From assembly GCA_963713975.1 (NCBI GenBank), contig OY970218.1, positions 2,496,001 through 2,560,000 on the forward strand: a stretch of 64,000 bases of DNA, given 5' to 3'. How positions within the stretch are numbered: the stretch's first letter is position 1; every line of letters starts with the position of its first letter. The DNA is from an uncultured Chloroflexia bacterium (GTDB lineage Bacteria > Chloroflexota > Limnocylindria > Limnocylindrales > CSP1-4). Positions 18,157 through 29,400 of the stretch are shown here, in pieces. The translations under genes and the position numbers were made by a program. The notes beneath the pieces are model-generated. The model was given only the letters and a program-made list of their open reading frames with translations, was not told the DNA's origin and did no database searches.

Positions 18157-18392
18157 GACCGCGAGGATAGCGGCGGTGCCGATCTGCAACGCAATTGGTA
18201 CCAAGGGCCCACTGGTCACTTGGCATCCGGACCGGGGGAAGTACTATCCGGTAAGTACTTATGCCTATCTCGCCCTGCTCATTTGGGGCGAGAGACCCGT
18301 CTCTGGGGGAGACCGATCGACGGTTCGGGCCGCGTCGCATCCTTGCGCACGGTCGTATTGCGTCATTCCGTGGCGCCGAGGGAGATGTCCGC

Positions 18393-21300
18393 ATGTTGCC
18401 CACCCTTTCCTTGCAGACTCCCGCCATCCGCCGCGCGCTCGTCGCATTCATGGCGTTCGCGATGGCCGTCACGACGTCGGTCGCGCCGGTGGCGCCTGTG
18501 GCCACTCCAGCCACAGCGGCAGGGTTCGGTGACCTCGCCTGTACGACACTGACGGCACTCCCTGTCTCAGCGAACACGGGCGAGAAGCCGCAGTCCAAGG
18601 TCTGGAAGCATGACGGCGCCTGGTGGGCGGTCCTTCCGACGACCGCCGCCACGCCAGGATCCGGGACGTGGCTCTGGAAGCTTGTCGGCGACACCTGGAC
18701 GAGCGTCATCAAGCTGTCCAACAACACCGACACGCACGCGGATGCTCTGAAGGTCGGCGCGGTCACGCACATCCTGCTGTACCGCGGCACGTCGTCCGAA
18801 CTGGTCTCGGTCGAGTACGGCGCCGGGACCTACGCTCCCTGGTCCCTCCGTCCAGCAGCCCAGGCCATCACGCTCGACAGCGGCGTCGAGACCGCCACCA
18901 TCGCCGTCGACTCAACGGGCCGCATGTGGTTGGCGTCTGCCGGAACCACCTCGGTCTACGTCCGCTCGAGCGTCTCGCCCTACACCACCTGGAACGCCCC
19001 GATCACGCTGGGAACCGGTGTCGCCGAAGACGACATTGCGGTCGTCACGGCGTTCGACGACGACAAGGTCGGTGTGCTCTGGTCGAACCAGAACACGGAG
19101 CGGTTCGGGTTCAAGGTTCACGCGGACGGCGACGCAGAGGGGACATGGTCGGCCGATGAGGTTCCCGCGGACGGGTCTGCCCAGAACATCGGCTTGGGCA
19201 TGGCCGACGACCACATGAACTTGGCGGTCGCGGCTGACGGCACCATCTATGCCGCCGTCAAGACCAGCTACGACACGGGCGGCTCGCCGAAGCTCGCCCT
19301 GCTCGTCCGCCGGCCCAGCGGGACGTGGGATCCGCTGTACGGCGTCTCCGAGAGCGGTACCCGCGGGATCGTCCTGCTCAACACGTCGGCCGACGAGCTG
19401 CTCTACCTCGCCACCTCGACCGAAGGCGCCGGCAACATCCTGGCGCGGACATCACCCACCGCGGCGATCAGCTTCGGTGCACCCACCACGCTCATGAGCG
19501 GCTCGTTCAACGAGGTCACCAGCACCAAACAGAACTACACCGATGACCTTGTCGTCCTCGCGAGCTCCGGGTCCACGAGCGCTGTGGGGCGGCACTGCAC
19601 GTCGGGCGCGCCGCCCGCCAACACCGCCCCCGTCGCCCAGGCCGGCGCGCTCTCCACGCCGATCAATACGGCCGGCAACGGCACCCTGGTCGCCACGGAC
19701 GCGGACAGCGATCCGCTGACGTACTCGATCGTCACCAATGGCACCAAGGGCACCGCCGTCGTCACCAATGCCGCGACGGGTGCCTACACCTACACCCCAA
19801 GCGCAGGCCAGACCGGCGCCGACAGCTTCACCTTCAAGGCGAACGACACACATGTCGACTCCAACACCGCCACGGTCTCGGTGACGATCACCTCCGGCGC
19901 GGTGGATCCCTCCCTCGTGGGCTGGTGGACGATGGACGAGACGGGCGGCACGACTGCGGCCGACTCCGGCGCCGCTCCGCTCAACACCGCGACGACCAGC
20001 GGAAACCCGACCTTCGTGCCCGGCAAGACCGGCAATGCCATCAGGCTCAACGGCACCAGCCAGTACGCGAGCGCGCCCGATGAGGCGTCACTCGACATTG
20101 CCAACGCCATCACGATGGCGGCCTGGGTCAAGCCCGGGCAGTACGACACGCAGGACATCATCGCCAAGGACATCAACGGCAGCGTCAACGGGTACCAGTT
20201 GTCGCTGGCCACGACCAAGTCCGGCGACGACTCCCAGCGGGCCTTTGTCCGCTTCAACCAGCAGACGAGCGGCGACACCTACCGTGTCAACGCGGTGACG
20301 ATGTACCCGATCGATGGCTCGTGGCAGCATGTCGCGGCCACCTACGACGGCGCCACGATCAAGCTCTACATCGATGGCACCCTGGAAGGGTCGATGCCCT
20401 GGACCGGAACGATCGCGACCAACAGCACCGCCCTGGGGATCGGCGCCCAGAGCGACAACACCCGGTGGCTCGACGGTGACCTGGACGACGTCCGCCTCTA
20501 CAACCGCGCCCTGAGCGCCGTCGAGATCCTGGCCCTGGCGGCTCCGGGCAACAGCGCTCCCGTCGCCCAGGCCGGCGCGCTCTCCACGCCGATCAACACG
20601 GTCGGCAACGGCACCCTGGTCGCCACGGACGCGGACAGCGATCCGCTGACCTACTCGACCGTCACCACCGGCACCAAGGGGACCGCCGTCGTCACCAATG
20701 CCTCGACGGGTGCCTACACCTACACCCCCATGGCAGGCCAGACCGGCGCCGACAGCTTCACCTTCCGGGCGTACGACGGCACGGCCTATTCGAACACCGC
20801 CACGGTGTCGGTGACGATCACCGACCCGTCTGCTGACGTGGTCATGGTGGGCGCCGGCGACATCTCGGACTCCGGCACGGGCGACACGCAGACGGCCGCG
20901 CTCATCAACGCGCTGCCAAGTGCCACAGTGTTCACGCTCGGCGACAACGCGTATCCGGACGGATCGGCCAGCAACTTCTCCACCTACTACGAGCCGACCT
21001 GGGGGGCCTTCAAGGCCCGCACGTACCCGTCCGTGGGCAACCACGACTGGACCAACAGCGCCACCGGGTACTTCCCGGAGTTCGCCTCCACGCTCGCCGG
21101 CGTCTCGCCGGCCGGATCGCCCAACGGCTACTACAGTTACGATCAGGGCACCTACTGGCACGTCATCGTGCTCAACACGGAGATCGACTATTCGGCGGGC
21201 TCGGCCCAGGAGATCTGGTTGAGGGCGGACCTCGCGGCGAACGCGTCGAAGAACGTCCTTGCCTACTGGCATCGGCCGATGTTCAGTTCGGGCAACGTCC

Positions 21301-24300
21301 ACGGCACCGAAGTCCTGGATCGCGTGATCTGGGACGACCTCTACGAGTTCGGAGCCGACCTCGTGCTCAACGGTCACGAGCACTGGTACGAGCGCTTTGC
21401 GCCGCAGACCCCGGACGGCGTCGCCGACGCTGCCTACGGCATCCGGCAGATCACGTGCGGCACCGGCGGCGGTCCCCGCTACTCGCTCGGGACACTGGAT
21501 GCAAACAGTGAGGTCCATGACGGATCCACCTGGGGCGTCTGCAAGCTGACCCTCCGGGAATTCGGCTACGACTATGAGTTCATCCCGGTCGCTGGCGGAA
21601 TCTTCACGGACTCCGGTAGCGGTGCCGTCCACAACGCCCCGCCCCCCATCACGAACTTCGGACTCCAGTTCGACGGCACGAACGACTACGTGACGTTCGG
21701 GGCCGCGCCAGGCCTCAACGCAGCGAACTTCACCGTTGAGACCTGGTTCAAGTGGACGGGCGGTGGAGCCACCACGACCACCGGTTCCGGCGGCATCCCC
21801 GACGCCATCCCGCTGGTGGCGAAGGGGGCCCAGCAGGCCGAAGGCTCCAACGTCGACATGAACTACTTCCTGGGCATCAAGGCCGGCACCGGCACGCTGG
21901 TCGCGGACTTTGAGGAAGGCGTCGGCGGCAGCGGCCCGTTGGGCCAGAACCACCCGATCGTCAGCACCGCCCCGATCACGACCAACGTCTGGCACCACGC
22001 CGCCGCGACGTATGACGGCACGACCTGGAACCTCTACCTGGACGGCGTCAACGTCGGCACCGCCACCATCGGCGAGCCGGTTCGCTCCGACAGTATCCAG
22101 CACGCCTCTCTTGGGTCGTCGCTCAACACGACGGGCGGGACCAACGGCTTCTTCGAGGGCACGCTTGACGAAGCCCGCATCTGGAACGTCGCCCGCAGTC
22201 AGGTGCAGATCCAGGGAACGATGAACAGTGAGATCACCAGCGGGACGGGGCTTCTTGCCCGCTGGGGCCTCGACGAGGGGACCGGAACGAGCGTCGCGAG
22301 CTCGGTCGGCACCTTCCCCGGCACGCTTACGAATGGTCCGACGTGGGTCCCGGGGTTCGTCCCGACCGGACCCGTGGCCCCGGTCTGTTCCGCCGTCGCC
22401 ATGACCACGCCGCTCAACACCGCGGCCGATGCGGCCCCCGCCTGCTCCGATGCGAACAGCGATCCGCTGACCTACACGATCGTCGGTGCGGCATCGCACG
22501 GGACGGCAACTGTCGCGTCGGGCCAGCTGCACTACGTGCCGACGACCGGATACAGCGGCCCGGACAGCTTCACCTACCGTGCCTATGACGGCTCCGCCTA
22601 TTCGAATACCGCAACGGTGACCGTTACGGTCACAGCCCCTGTCACAAACTACGGCCTCCAGTTCGACGGCAGCAACGACTACGTGACGTTCGGCCAGGCG
22701 ACCTCGACCCTGGGGGCGTCGACATTCACGCTGGAGGCGTGGGTCAACCGCGGCGCTGGCGGCGACCTCATGGGCACCGGGACGGGTGGCCTGGGATCCG
22801 GCACCATCCCGCAGGCATACCCGGTCCTCACCAAGGGCTGCGGCGAGGGCGACGGTTCCAACGTGGACATGAACTACTGGCTTGGGGTCACGTCGACCGG
22901 CGTCATCGCGGCCGACTTCGAGGCGGACCCAGGAGGGCAGAACTACCCCGTCATCGGGACCAACAGCTTCCCGACGGGCGAGTGGCATCACATCGCGGCA
23001 ACCTACGACGGACAGGTCTGGCGGCTGTATCTCGACGGTGCCCTAGACACGGAATTGGATCTTGGCACTGCCCGCGCGCCGCGCGATGACAGCATCCAGA
23101 ACGCTGCCATCGGGACCTCACTACTCTCGACCGGGATCCCCGGAACTGGCAGCAGTTCTTGCCAGGGCTATTTCTCGGGCGCGATCGACGAGGCCCGTGT
23201 CTGGAACGTGGTTCGAACCGGCGGCGAGATTGATGCCTCCTGGGATACCGAGATCACCGGGCCCACCACCGGCCTCCTCGGCCGCTGGGGCATGAACGAG
23301 GGCTCCGGAACGACGATCGCGAGCTCCGTCGCGACGATCCCCGGAACACTCACGAATGGCCCCACCTGGGTCCCGGGGTTCGTGCCGACCGGCGGCAACC
23401 TGCCGCCCTCCGCCCCGACCAACCCGGCGCCCGCAAACGGTGCGACCGGCGTCGCCGCGTCACCCACCCTTACCGTCGACGTCGCTCCTGACCCGGACGG
23501 CGATCCGCAGACGGTGACGTTCTTCGGGCGGCCCAAGCCGACGGCAGGAGAGGACTTCACGCTCGTCGTCCTGCCGGACACGCAGCACTACACCGACGTC
23601 GACGAGGCCCGGGCGAACGTCTACCGCGCCCAGACCCAGTGGATCGTCGACAAGGAGTCCGATCTCAACATCGCCTTCGTCAGCCACCTGGGCGACATCA
23701 CGGAGCACTTCGACAGCGTCGAGGTCGAGTGGCAGCGTGCCGACTCCGCGATGGACACGCTGGACAACAACGGGGTGCCAAACGCGGTCTCGCCAGGCAA
23801 CCACGACCTCAGCAGCCTCGCGGCGACCTCCGTCTACTACGACCAGTACTTCCCGCCCAGCCGCTATGACCTGCCGGCCAACCCCTGGTACGGCGGATGG
23901 CTGGGAGAAGAGGCCGGACAGACCCAGCGCCTGAACAAGGACAACTACGAGCTGTTCACGGCCGGCGGGATCGACTTCCTGATCATCCACCTCGAGGTGG
24001 ACATGCCGACCTACGCGGTCGCATGGGCGAACGACATCATCAGCCGCTACCCGGACCGCCAGGTCATCCTCAGCACCCACGCGTTCGTGGACACGAGCGG
24101 CAACCGGCCGAACTCGCTGATCACCGGGCGGTCGGACGGCATGACCGCATCTGCCGTCTGGACCCAGCTGATCTATCCCAACTGCAACGTGGTCATGGTC
24201 GTCAACGGGCACTACCCGGGCGAGGGTCGCACGACCACGAACAACTCCTGTGGCCAGCCCGTCCATCAGGTCCTGACCGACTACCAGAGCCGCACCAACG

Positions 24301-26303
24301 GTGGTGACGGCTGGCTGCGCTACTACGTGTTCAAGCCGGCGGCGGCCACCATCGAGGCCTACACCTACAAGGTTCCGCAGGGCGCCACCCTCGGCTCGTT
24401 CGAGGTTGACAGCTCCAGCCAGTTCACGCTGGCGTGGCCGGCAGCGGGGACCGCGTCGGCACCGTTCACGGAGATCGGGGACGCGCCGGTGTCCGGAGGC
24501 ACGGCCTCCATCTCGTGGCCAGGCCTTGACGCGGACACCGAGTACGAGTGGTACGCGGTCGCCAACGACGGCACCGCCACGACACCGAGCGCGACGTGGT
24601 CGTTCACGACGGGTACGGCCGCTCCTGGCACCTTCACCCTGTCGGGCGCGGTCACCGCGGGCGGCTCGCCGCTCCCGGGTGCCACCGTCCACGTCATCCT
24701 CGACGACGGGACCTACATCGGCAACACCGCCAGCGTCGCCGGCGGGGCGTACAGCATCACCCTGGCCCCCGGCACCTACAAGCTGTGGATCCAGCCCAAC
24801 GAGCCGGGCTACGGCGACCAGTACTTCGGCGGCGCCGACCTCGGCACTGCGACGCCCATCGGGGTCAGCGCCAACACCGTCGCGGACGTCCCGCTGGTCG
24901 GGGGCCCCTCGACCTTCACCCTGTCGGGCGCGGTCACCGCGGGCGGCTCGCCGCTCCCGGGTGCCACCGTCCACGTCATCCTCGACGACGGGACCTACAT
25001 CGGCAACACCGCCAGCGTCGCCGGCGGGGCGTACAGCATCACCCTGGCCCCCGGCACCTACAAGCTGTGGATCCAGCCCAACGAGCCGGGCTACGGCGAC
25101 CAGTACTTCGGCGGCGCCGACCTCGGCACTGCGACGCCCATCGGGGTCAGCGCCAACACCGTCGCGGACGTCCCGCTGGTCGGGGGCCCCTCGACCTTCA
25201 CCCTGTCGGGCGCGGTCACCGCGGGCGGCTCGCCGCTCCCGGGTGCCACCGTCCACGTCATCCTCGACGACGGGACCTACATCGGCAACACCGCCAGCGT
25301 CGCCGGCGGGGCGTACAGCATCACCCTGGCCCCCGGCACCTACAAGCTGTGGATCCAGCCCAACGAGCCGGGCTACGGCGACCAGTACTTCGGCGGCGCC
25401 GACCTCGGCACTGCGACGCCCATCCCGTTTGCCGGTGACACGATGCAGAACATCGCATTGGTGGTCACCCTGTCGGGCGCGGTCACCGCGGGCGGCTCGC
25501 CGCTCCCGGGTGCCACCGTCCACGTCATCCTCGACGACGGGACCTACATCGGCAACACCGCCAGCGTCGCCGGCGGGGCGTACAGCATCACCCTGGCCCC
25601 CGGCACCTACAAGCTGTGGATCCAGCCCAACGAGCCGGGCTACGGCGACCAGTACTTCGGCGGCGCCGACCTCGGCACTGCGACGCCCATCGGGGTCAGC
25701 GCCAACACCGTCGCGGACGTCCCGCTGGTCGGGGGCCCCTCGACCTTCACCCTGTCGGGCGCGGTCACCGCGGGCGGCTCGCCGCTCCCGGGTGCCACCG
25801 TCCACGTCATCCTCGACGACGGGACCTACATCGGCAACACCGCCAGCGTCGCCGGCGGGGCGTACAGCATCACCCTGGCCCCCGGCACCTACAAGCTGTG
25901 GATCCAGCCCAACGAGCCGGGCTACGGCGACCAGTACTTCGGCGGCGCCGACCTCGGCACTGCGACGCCCATCGGGGTCAGCGCCAACACCGTCGCGGAC
26001 GTCCCGCTGGTCGGGGGCCCCTCGACCTTCACCCTGTCGGGCGCGGTCACCGCGGGCGGCTCGCCGCTCCCGGGTGCCACCGTCCACGTCATCCTCGACG
26101 ACGGGACCTACATCGGCAACACCGCCAGCGTCGCCGGCGGGGCGTACAGCATCACCCTGGCCCCCGGCACCTACAAGCTGTGGATCCAGCCCAACGAGCC
26201 GGGCTACGGCGACCAGTACTTCGGCGGCGCCGACCTCGGCACTGCGACGCCCATCGGGGTCAGCGCCAACACCGTCGCGGACGTCCCGCTGGTCGGATCT
26301 TGA
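18393..26303 (+). CDS. Giant secreted multidomain protein: N-terminal beta-rich domain, 3 LamG-like, 3 cadherin/Big_9-like, 2 metallophosphoesterase domains, FN3-like, 6 carboxypeptidase-regulatory-like repeats
   Basis: Signal peptide; LamG motif W.HVAATYDG...LY.DG...DE.R.WN three times; ATDADSDPLTY repeats; phosphoesterase 1 GDI/GDNAY/GNHD/WHRP/GHEHWYER; phosphoesterase 2 PDTQ/HLGDI/GNHD/STH/NGH; GAGGGAG RBS. Confidence 0.88.
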   Translation: MLPTLSLQTPAIRRALVAFMAFAMAVTTSVAPVAPVATPATAAGFGDLACTTLTALPVSANTGEKPQSKVWKHDGAWWAVLPTTAATPGSGTWLWKLVGDTWTSVIKLSNNTDTHADALKVGAVTHILLYRGTSSELVSVEYGAGTYAPWSLRPAAQAITLDSGVETATIAVDSTGRMWLASAGTTSVYVRSSVSPYTTWNAPITLGTGVAEDDIAVVTAFDDDKVGVLWSNQNTERFGFKVHADGDAEGTWSADEVPADGSAQNIGLGMADDHMNLAVAADGTIYAAVKTSYDTGGSPKLALLVRRPSGTWDPLYGVSESGTRGIVLLNTSADELLYLATSTEGAGNILARTSPTAAISFGAPTTLMSGSFNEVTSTKQNYTDDLVVLASSGSTSAVGRHCTSGAPPANTAPVAQAGALSTPINTAGNGTLVATDADSDPLTYSIVTNGTKGTAVVTNAATGAYTYTPSAGQTGADSFTFKANDTHVDSNTATVSVTITSGAVDPSLVGWWTMDETGGTTAADSGAAPLNTATTSGNPTFVPGKTGNAIRLNGTSQYASAPDEASLDIANAITMAAWVKPGQYDTQDIIAKDINGSVNGYQLSLATTKSGDDSQRAFVRFNQQTSGDTYRVNAVTMYPIDGSWQHVAATYDGATIKLYIDGTLEGSMPWTGTIATNSTALGIGAQSDNTRWLDGDLDDVRLYNRALSAVEILALAAPGNSAPVAQAGALSTPINTVGNGTLVATDADSDPLTYSTVTTGTKGTAVVTNASTGAYTYTPMAGQTGADSFTFRAYDGTAYSNTATVSVTITDPSADVVMVGAGDISDSGTGDTQTAALINALPSATVFTLGDNAYPDGSASNFSTYYEPTWGAFKARTYPSVGNHDWTNSATGYFPEFASTLAGVSPAGSPNGYYSYDQGTYWHVIVLNTEIDYSAGSAQEIWLRADLAANASKNVLAYWHRPMFSSGNVHGTEVLDRVIWDDLYEFGADLVLNGHEHWYERFAPQTPDGVADAAYGIRQITCGTGGGPRYSLGTLDANSEVHDGSTWGVCKLTLREFGYDYEFIPVAGGIFTDSGSGAVHNAPPPITNFGLQFDGTNDYVTFGAAPGLNAANFTVETWFKWTGGGATTTTGSGGIPDAIPLVAKGAQQAEGSNVDMNYFLGIKAGTGTLVADFEEGVGGSGPLGQNHPIVSTAPITTNVWHHAAATYDGTTWNLYLDGVNVGTATIGEPVRSDSIQHASLGSSLNTTGGTNGFFEGTLDEARIWNVARSQVQIQGTMNSEITSGTGLLARWGLDEGTGTSVASSVGTFPGTLTNGPTWVPGFVPTGPVAPVCSAVAMTTPLNTAADAAPACSDANSDPLTYTIVGAASHGTATVASGQLHYVPTTGYSGPDSFTYRAYDGSAYSNTATVTVTVTAPVTNYGLQFDGSNDYVTFGQATSTLGASTFTLEAWVNRGAGGDLMGTGTGGLGSGTIPQAYPVLTKGCGEGDGSNVDMNYWLGVTSTGVIAADFEADPGGQNYPVIGTNSFPTGEWHHIAATYDGQVWRLYLDGALDTELDLGTARAPRDDSIQNAAIGTSLLSTGIPGTGSSSCQGYFSGAIDEARVWNVVRTGGEIDASWDTEITGPTTGLLGRWGMNEGSGTTIASSVATIPGTLTNGPTWVPGFVPTGGNLPPSAPTNPAPANGATGVAASPTLTVDVAPDPDGDPQTVTFFGRPKPTAGEDFTLVVLPDTQHYTDVDEARANVYRAQTQWIVDKESDLNIAFVSHLGDITEHFDSVEVEWQRADSAMDTLDNNGVPNAVSPGNHDLSSLAATSVYYDQYFPPSRYDLPANPWYGGWLGEEAGQTQRLNKDNYELFTAGGIDFLIIHLEVDMPTYAVAWANDIISRYPDRQVILSTHAFVDTSGNRPNSLITGRSDGMTASAVWTQLIYPNCNVVMVVNGHYPGEGRTTTNNSCGQPVHQVLTDYQSRTNGGDGWLRYYVFKPAAATIEAYTYKVPQGATLGSFEVDSSSQFTLAWPAAGTASAPFTEIGDAPVSGGTASISWPGLDADTEYEWYAVANDGTATTPSATWSFTTGTAAPGTFTLSGAVTAGGSPLPGATVHVILDDGTYIGNTASVAGGAYSITLAPGTYKLWIQPNEPGYGDQYFGGADLGTATPIGVSANTVADVPLVGGPSTFTLSGAVTAGGSPLPGATVHVILDDGTYIGNTASVAGGAYSITLAPGTYKLWIQPNEPGYGDQYFGGADLGTATPIGVSANTVADVPLVGGPSTFTLSGAVTAGGSPLPGATVHVILDDGTYIGNTASVAGGAYSITLAPGTYKLWIQPNEPGYGDQYFGGADLGTATPIPFAGDTMQNIALVVTLSGAVTAGGSPLPGATVHVILDDGTYIGNTASVAGGAYSITLAPGTYKLWIQPNEPGYGDQYFGGADLGTATPIGVSANTVADVPLVGGPSTFTLSGAVTAGGSPLPGATVHVILDDGTYIGNTASVAGGAYSITLAPGTYKLWIQPNEPGYGDQYFGGADLGTATPIGVSANTVADVPLVGGPSTFTLSGAVTAGGSPLPGATVHVILDDGTYIGNTASVAGGAYSITLAPGTYKLWIQPNEPGYGDQYFGGADLGTATPIGVSANTVADVPLVGS
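24630..26296 (+). repeat. Intragenic 282-bp tandem repeat, 6 units
   Basis: Units start at 24630, 24912, 25194, ~25466, 25743 and 26025; identical by eye except a divergent junction at ~25424-25465. Confidence 0.92.
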
Positions 26304-26411
26304 GCGGCGAACCAGCAAGGTTCCTCAAACGCAAGTGCCCGCTCACAAGCAGCCTGGGCGCACGCCACGATTCGAGCCAGCACATGGATGTATCGAACTG
26401 AGGTGAGAGCG

Positions 26412-29400
26412 ATGTCGCGTTTCCGGTTCGACGGCCTGTCCACCACGAGCGCATTCCGCCGGCCCGGTCGCGCGGCGACGATGGTGACGGCGGCTTCTCT
26501 CATGGCCTCGCTCCTCGCCGGCATCCCGGTGCAGTCCGTGAAGGCGGATTTGGCCGGCAAGGCTCTACAGTTCGATGGCACCAGCCAGTACGTTTCGTTT
26601 GGCAATGCAGGGACACTGGGGCTGTCGGTCTTCACCCTCGAGACCTGGTTCAAGCGCACCGGCACCGGGACGACGACGACCACGGGTACCGGCGGGATCG
26701 GGAACACAATTCCGCTTCTGACCAAGGGCCGTGGCGAGGGTGATGGCTCCAACGTGGACATGAACTATTTCCTCGGCATCCGGGCCAGCGATAACGTGCT
26801 GGCGGCGGACTTCGAGGACATGAACACCGGCCTCAACCACCCCGTGGCCGGCACGATCGCGATTCCGGCGGATGGCACGTGGCACCACGCTGCGGCGACC
26901 TACGACGGGACGACGTGGCGGCTCTACCTCGATGGCAACCCTGACGGCACGACCACCATCACCTGCACCGTGGCGAACGTCTGCGTGCCGCGGCACGACA
27001 GCATCCAGCATGCTGGCTTGGGCACCGCCATGACGTCGACCGGCGCCGCTGCGGGCTACTTCGCGGGCGTGCTCGACGAGGCTCGGATCTGGAGCGTTGC
27101 GCGCTCTCAGAGCCAGATCCTTGCCACCAAGAATGTTGAGGTCACCAGCGGAACCGGGCTCGTCGCTCGGTGGGGGATGAACGAGGGCACCGGGACCTCG
27201 ACCGCCGACTCCACAACGCCCCAGGAGAACGGCACTCTGTTCAACGGCCCAACCTGGGTCAACGGGTTCCCGGATGACACCATCCCGGCGGCGCCGACCG
27301 GCCTCGCCGCTGTGTCCGGTGTCGGCCAGGTTTCGCTCACCTGGAACGTCAATGCCGAGTCCGACCTCGCCGGCTACAACGTCTACCGCAGCGCGTCCAG
27401 TCCGGTCACCAAGGGGTCGCCCCTCAACGGAAGCACCCCTCTCGCCACGCCTGAGTACCTGGACTTGTCCGGGACACCGGGCACCCCGTATGTCTACGCC
27501 GTTGCCGCGGTTGACACGAGCGCGAACGTGTCGGCCCTCTCCGGCGAAGCATCGGGTACGCCAAGCACTCCGCCGCCGGGACCGTACGGGCTCCAGCTCA
27601 CCAATACGTCCTACGTCACCTTCGGCGACCCGGCGAAGCTGGACCTCGCCCAATTCACCATCGAGACATGGTTCAAGCGGACCGGGACGGGCACGTCCAA
27701 TACCACCGGTACCGGCGGCATCACCAACCTCGTCCCGCTGCTGACCCATGGCGCTCCGGAGTCGGACGGCGGGACCGTCGACGCCAATTGGATTCTGGGC
27801 ATCAACACGTCCGGCAACGTCATCGCGGCGGACTTCGAAGGGATCGACGATCCGACTCCGACCGGAGCCAACGCACCGGTGAGCGGCACGACCGCCATCA
27901 CCGACGACGTGTGGCATCACGCTGCAGCCACCTTCGATGGGACCACCTTTGCCGTCTACCTCGACGGCAACCTCGAGGACAGCGTCACCCCCGGCTTCCA
28001 CCCGCGCTCCAACTCGATCCAGCGCGTTGCGCTTGGCGCGATGATCACCTCAACGGGTACCGCCCTCGGCCGCTTCGACGGCGTCATTGACGAGGCGCGG
28101 GTCTGGGACCATGCCCGCAGCGGCGCAGAGATCCTCGCTGACAAGAACAACGAGCTTGTGGAGGGCACGGGGCTCGTCGCACGCTGGGGCCTCAACGAGG
28201 GCGCCGGCGCCACTGTCGGCGACTCGATGCCGACTCCAGCGGCGGGCGCCATCAGCGACACCGGCTTCAGCTGGGTGGCAGGTGCGCCGGTCACGCCTGT
28301 TGTCGTCAACCACGCGCCTGTCGCCACGGACGATGCCTTCACGACGGCGTCCAACACGCCGTTCGACGGAACCCTCGATGGGAGCGACGCCGACCTCGAC
28401 CCGCTGACGTACTCGCTTGGCACGAACGGAACGCATGGAACCGCGGTCATCACAGACGCCGAAACCGGTGCCTTTACCTATACGCCGGACACGGACGCCG
28501 CGGGCGTGGACACGTTCACGTTCAAGGCGAACGACGGGACCGTTGACTCGAACGTCGCAACCGTCACGATGACGATCACAGGCCTCGTTGGCCACTGGAA
28601 GATGGAGGACAACCTCGTCGACTCGGCGCCACCCGCGAACGCCGCGACCGATGTCGCCAGCCCGGGCTATGTGGCCGGATTCGATGGCCTGGCACTGTCA
28701 CTGAATGGATCGAGCCAGTATGCGACCGTCGATGACGACGCCGACCTCGACATCACGTCCGCCATCACGATGGCGGCCTGGGTCAGGCCCACGCAGGCGG
28801 CCACCCAGGACCTGATCGCCAAGGACGTCAGCAGCAGCGTCGACGGCTACCAGCTCTCGCTCTCGGACGACGCGGCGGCCAACTCGCAGATCGTGTTCGT
28901 CCGCTTCAACCAGGACACCAGCGGCGACACGTATCGCGTCAACTCCACGACTCAATACCCGGCCGACGGCACCACGTGGATGCACGTCGCGGCAACCTGG
29001 GACGGCACAACGACCCGGCTCTACGTAGACGGCGACGAGGAGGCCACCGGGTCCTTCACCGGCATGATCGCGGCGAACAACGTGCCGCTGGGCATCGGCG
29101 CGCAGATCACGGCGTTGAACGCTGCGTCGCGCTGGTTCGGCGGGGCCGTGGACGACGTCCGCCTCTACAACCGTGCCCTGAGCGCTGCGGAGATTGCTGC
29201 CCTAGCAGCAGGCCCGCTCGACCACATCACCATCAGCCCCCCGACGGCCACGATCGACGCGGGCGCCACCCAGGCCTACACCGCGGAGGGCTTCGACGCC
29301 CTCTCCAATAGCCTGGGCGACGTGACCGGCGACACCACCTTCAGCATCGACGGCACCGGCACCTGCACCCTGGCCGACTGCGGCTCGGACGTCGCCGGCA

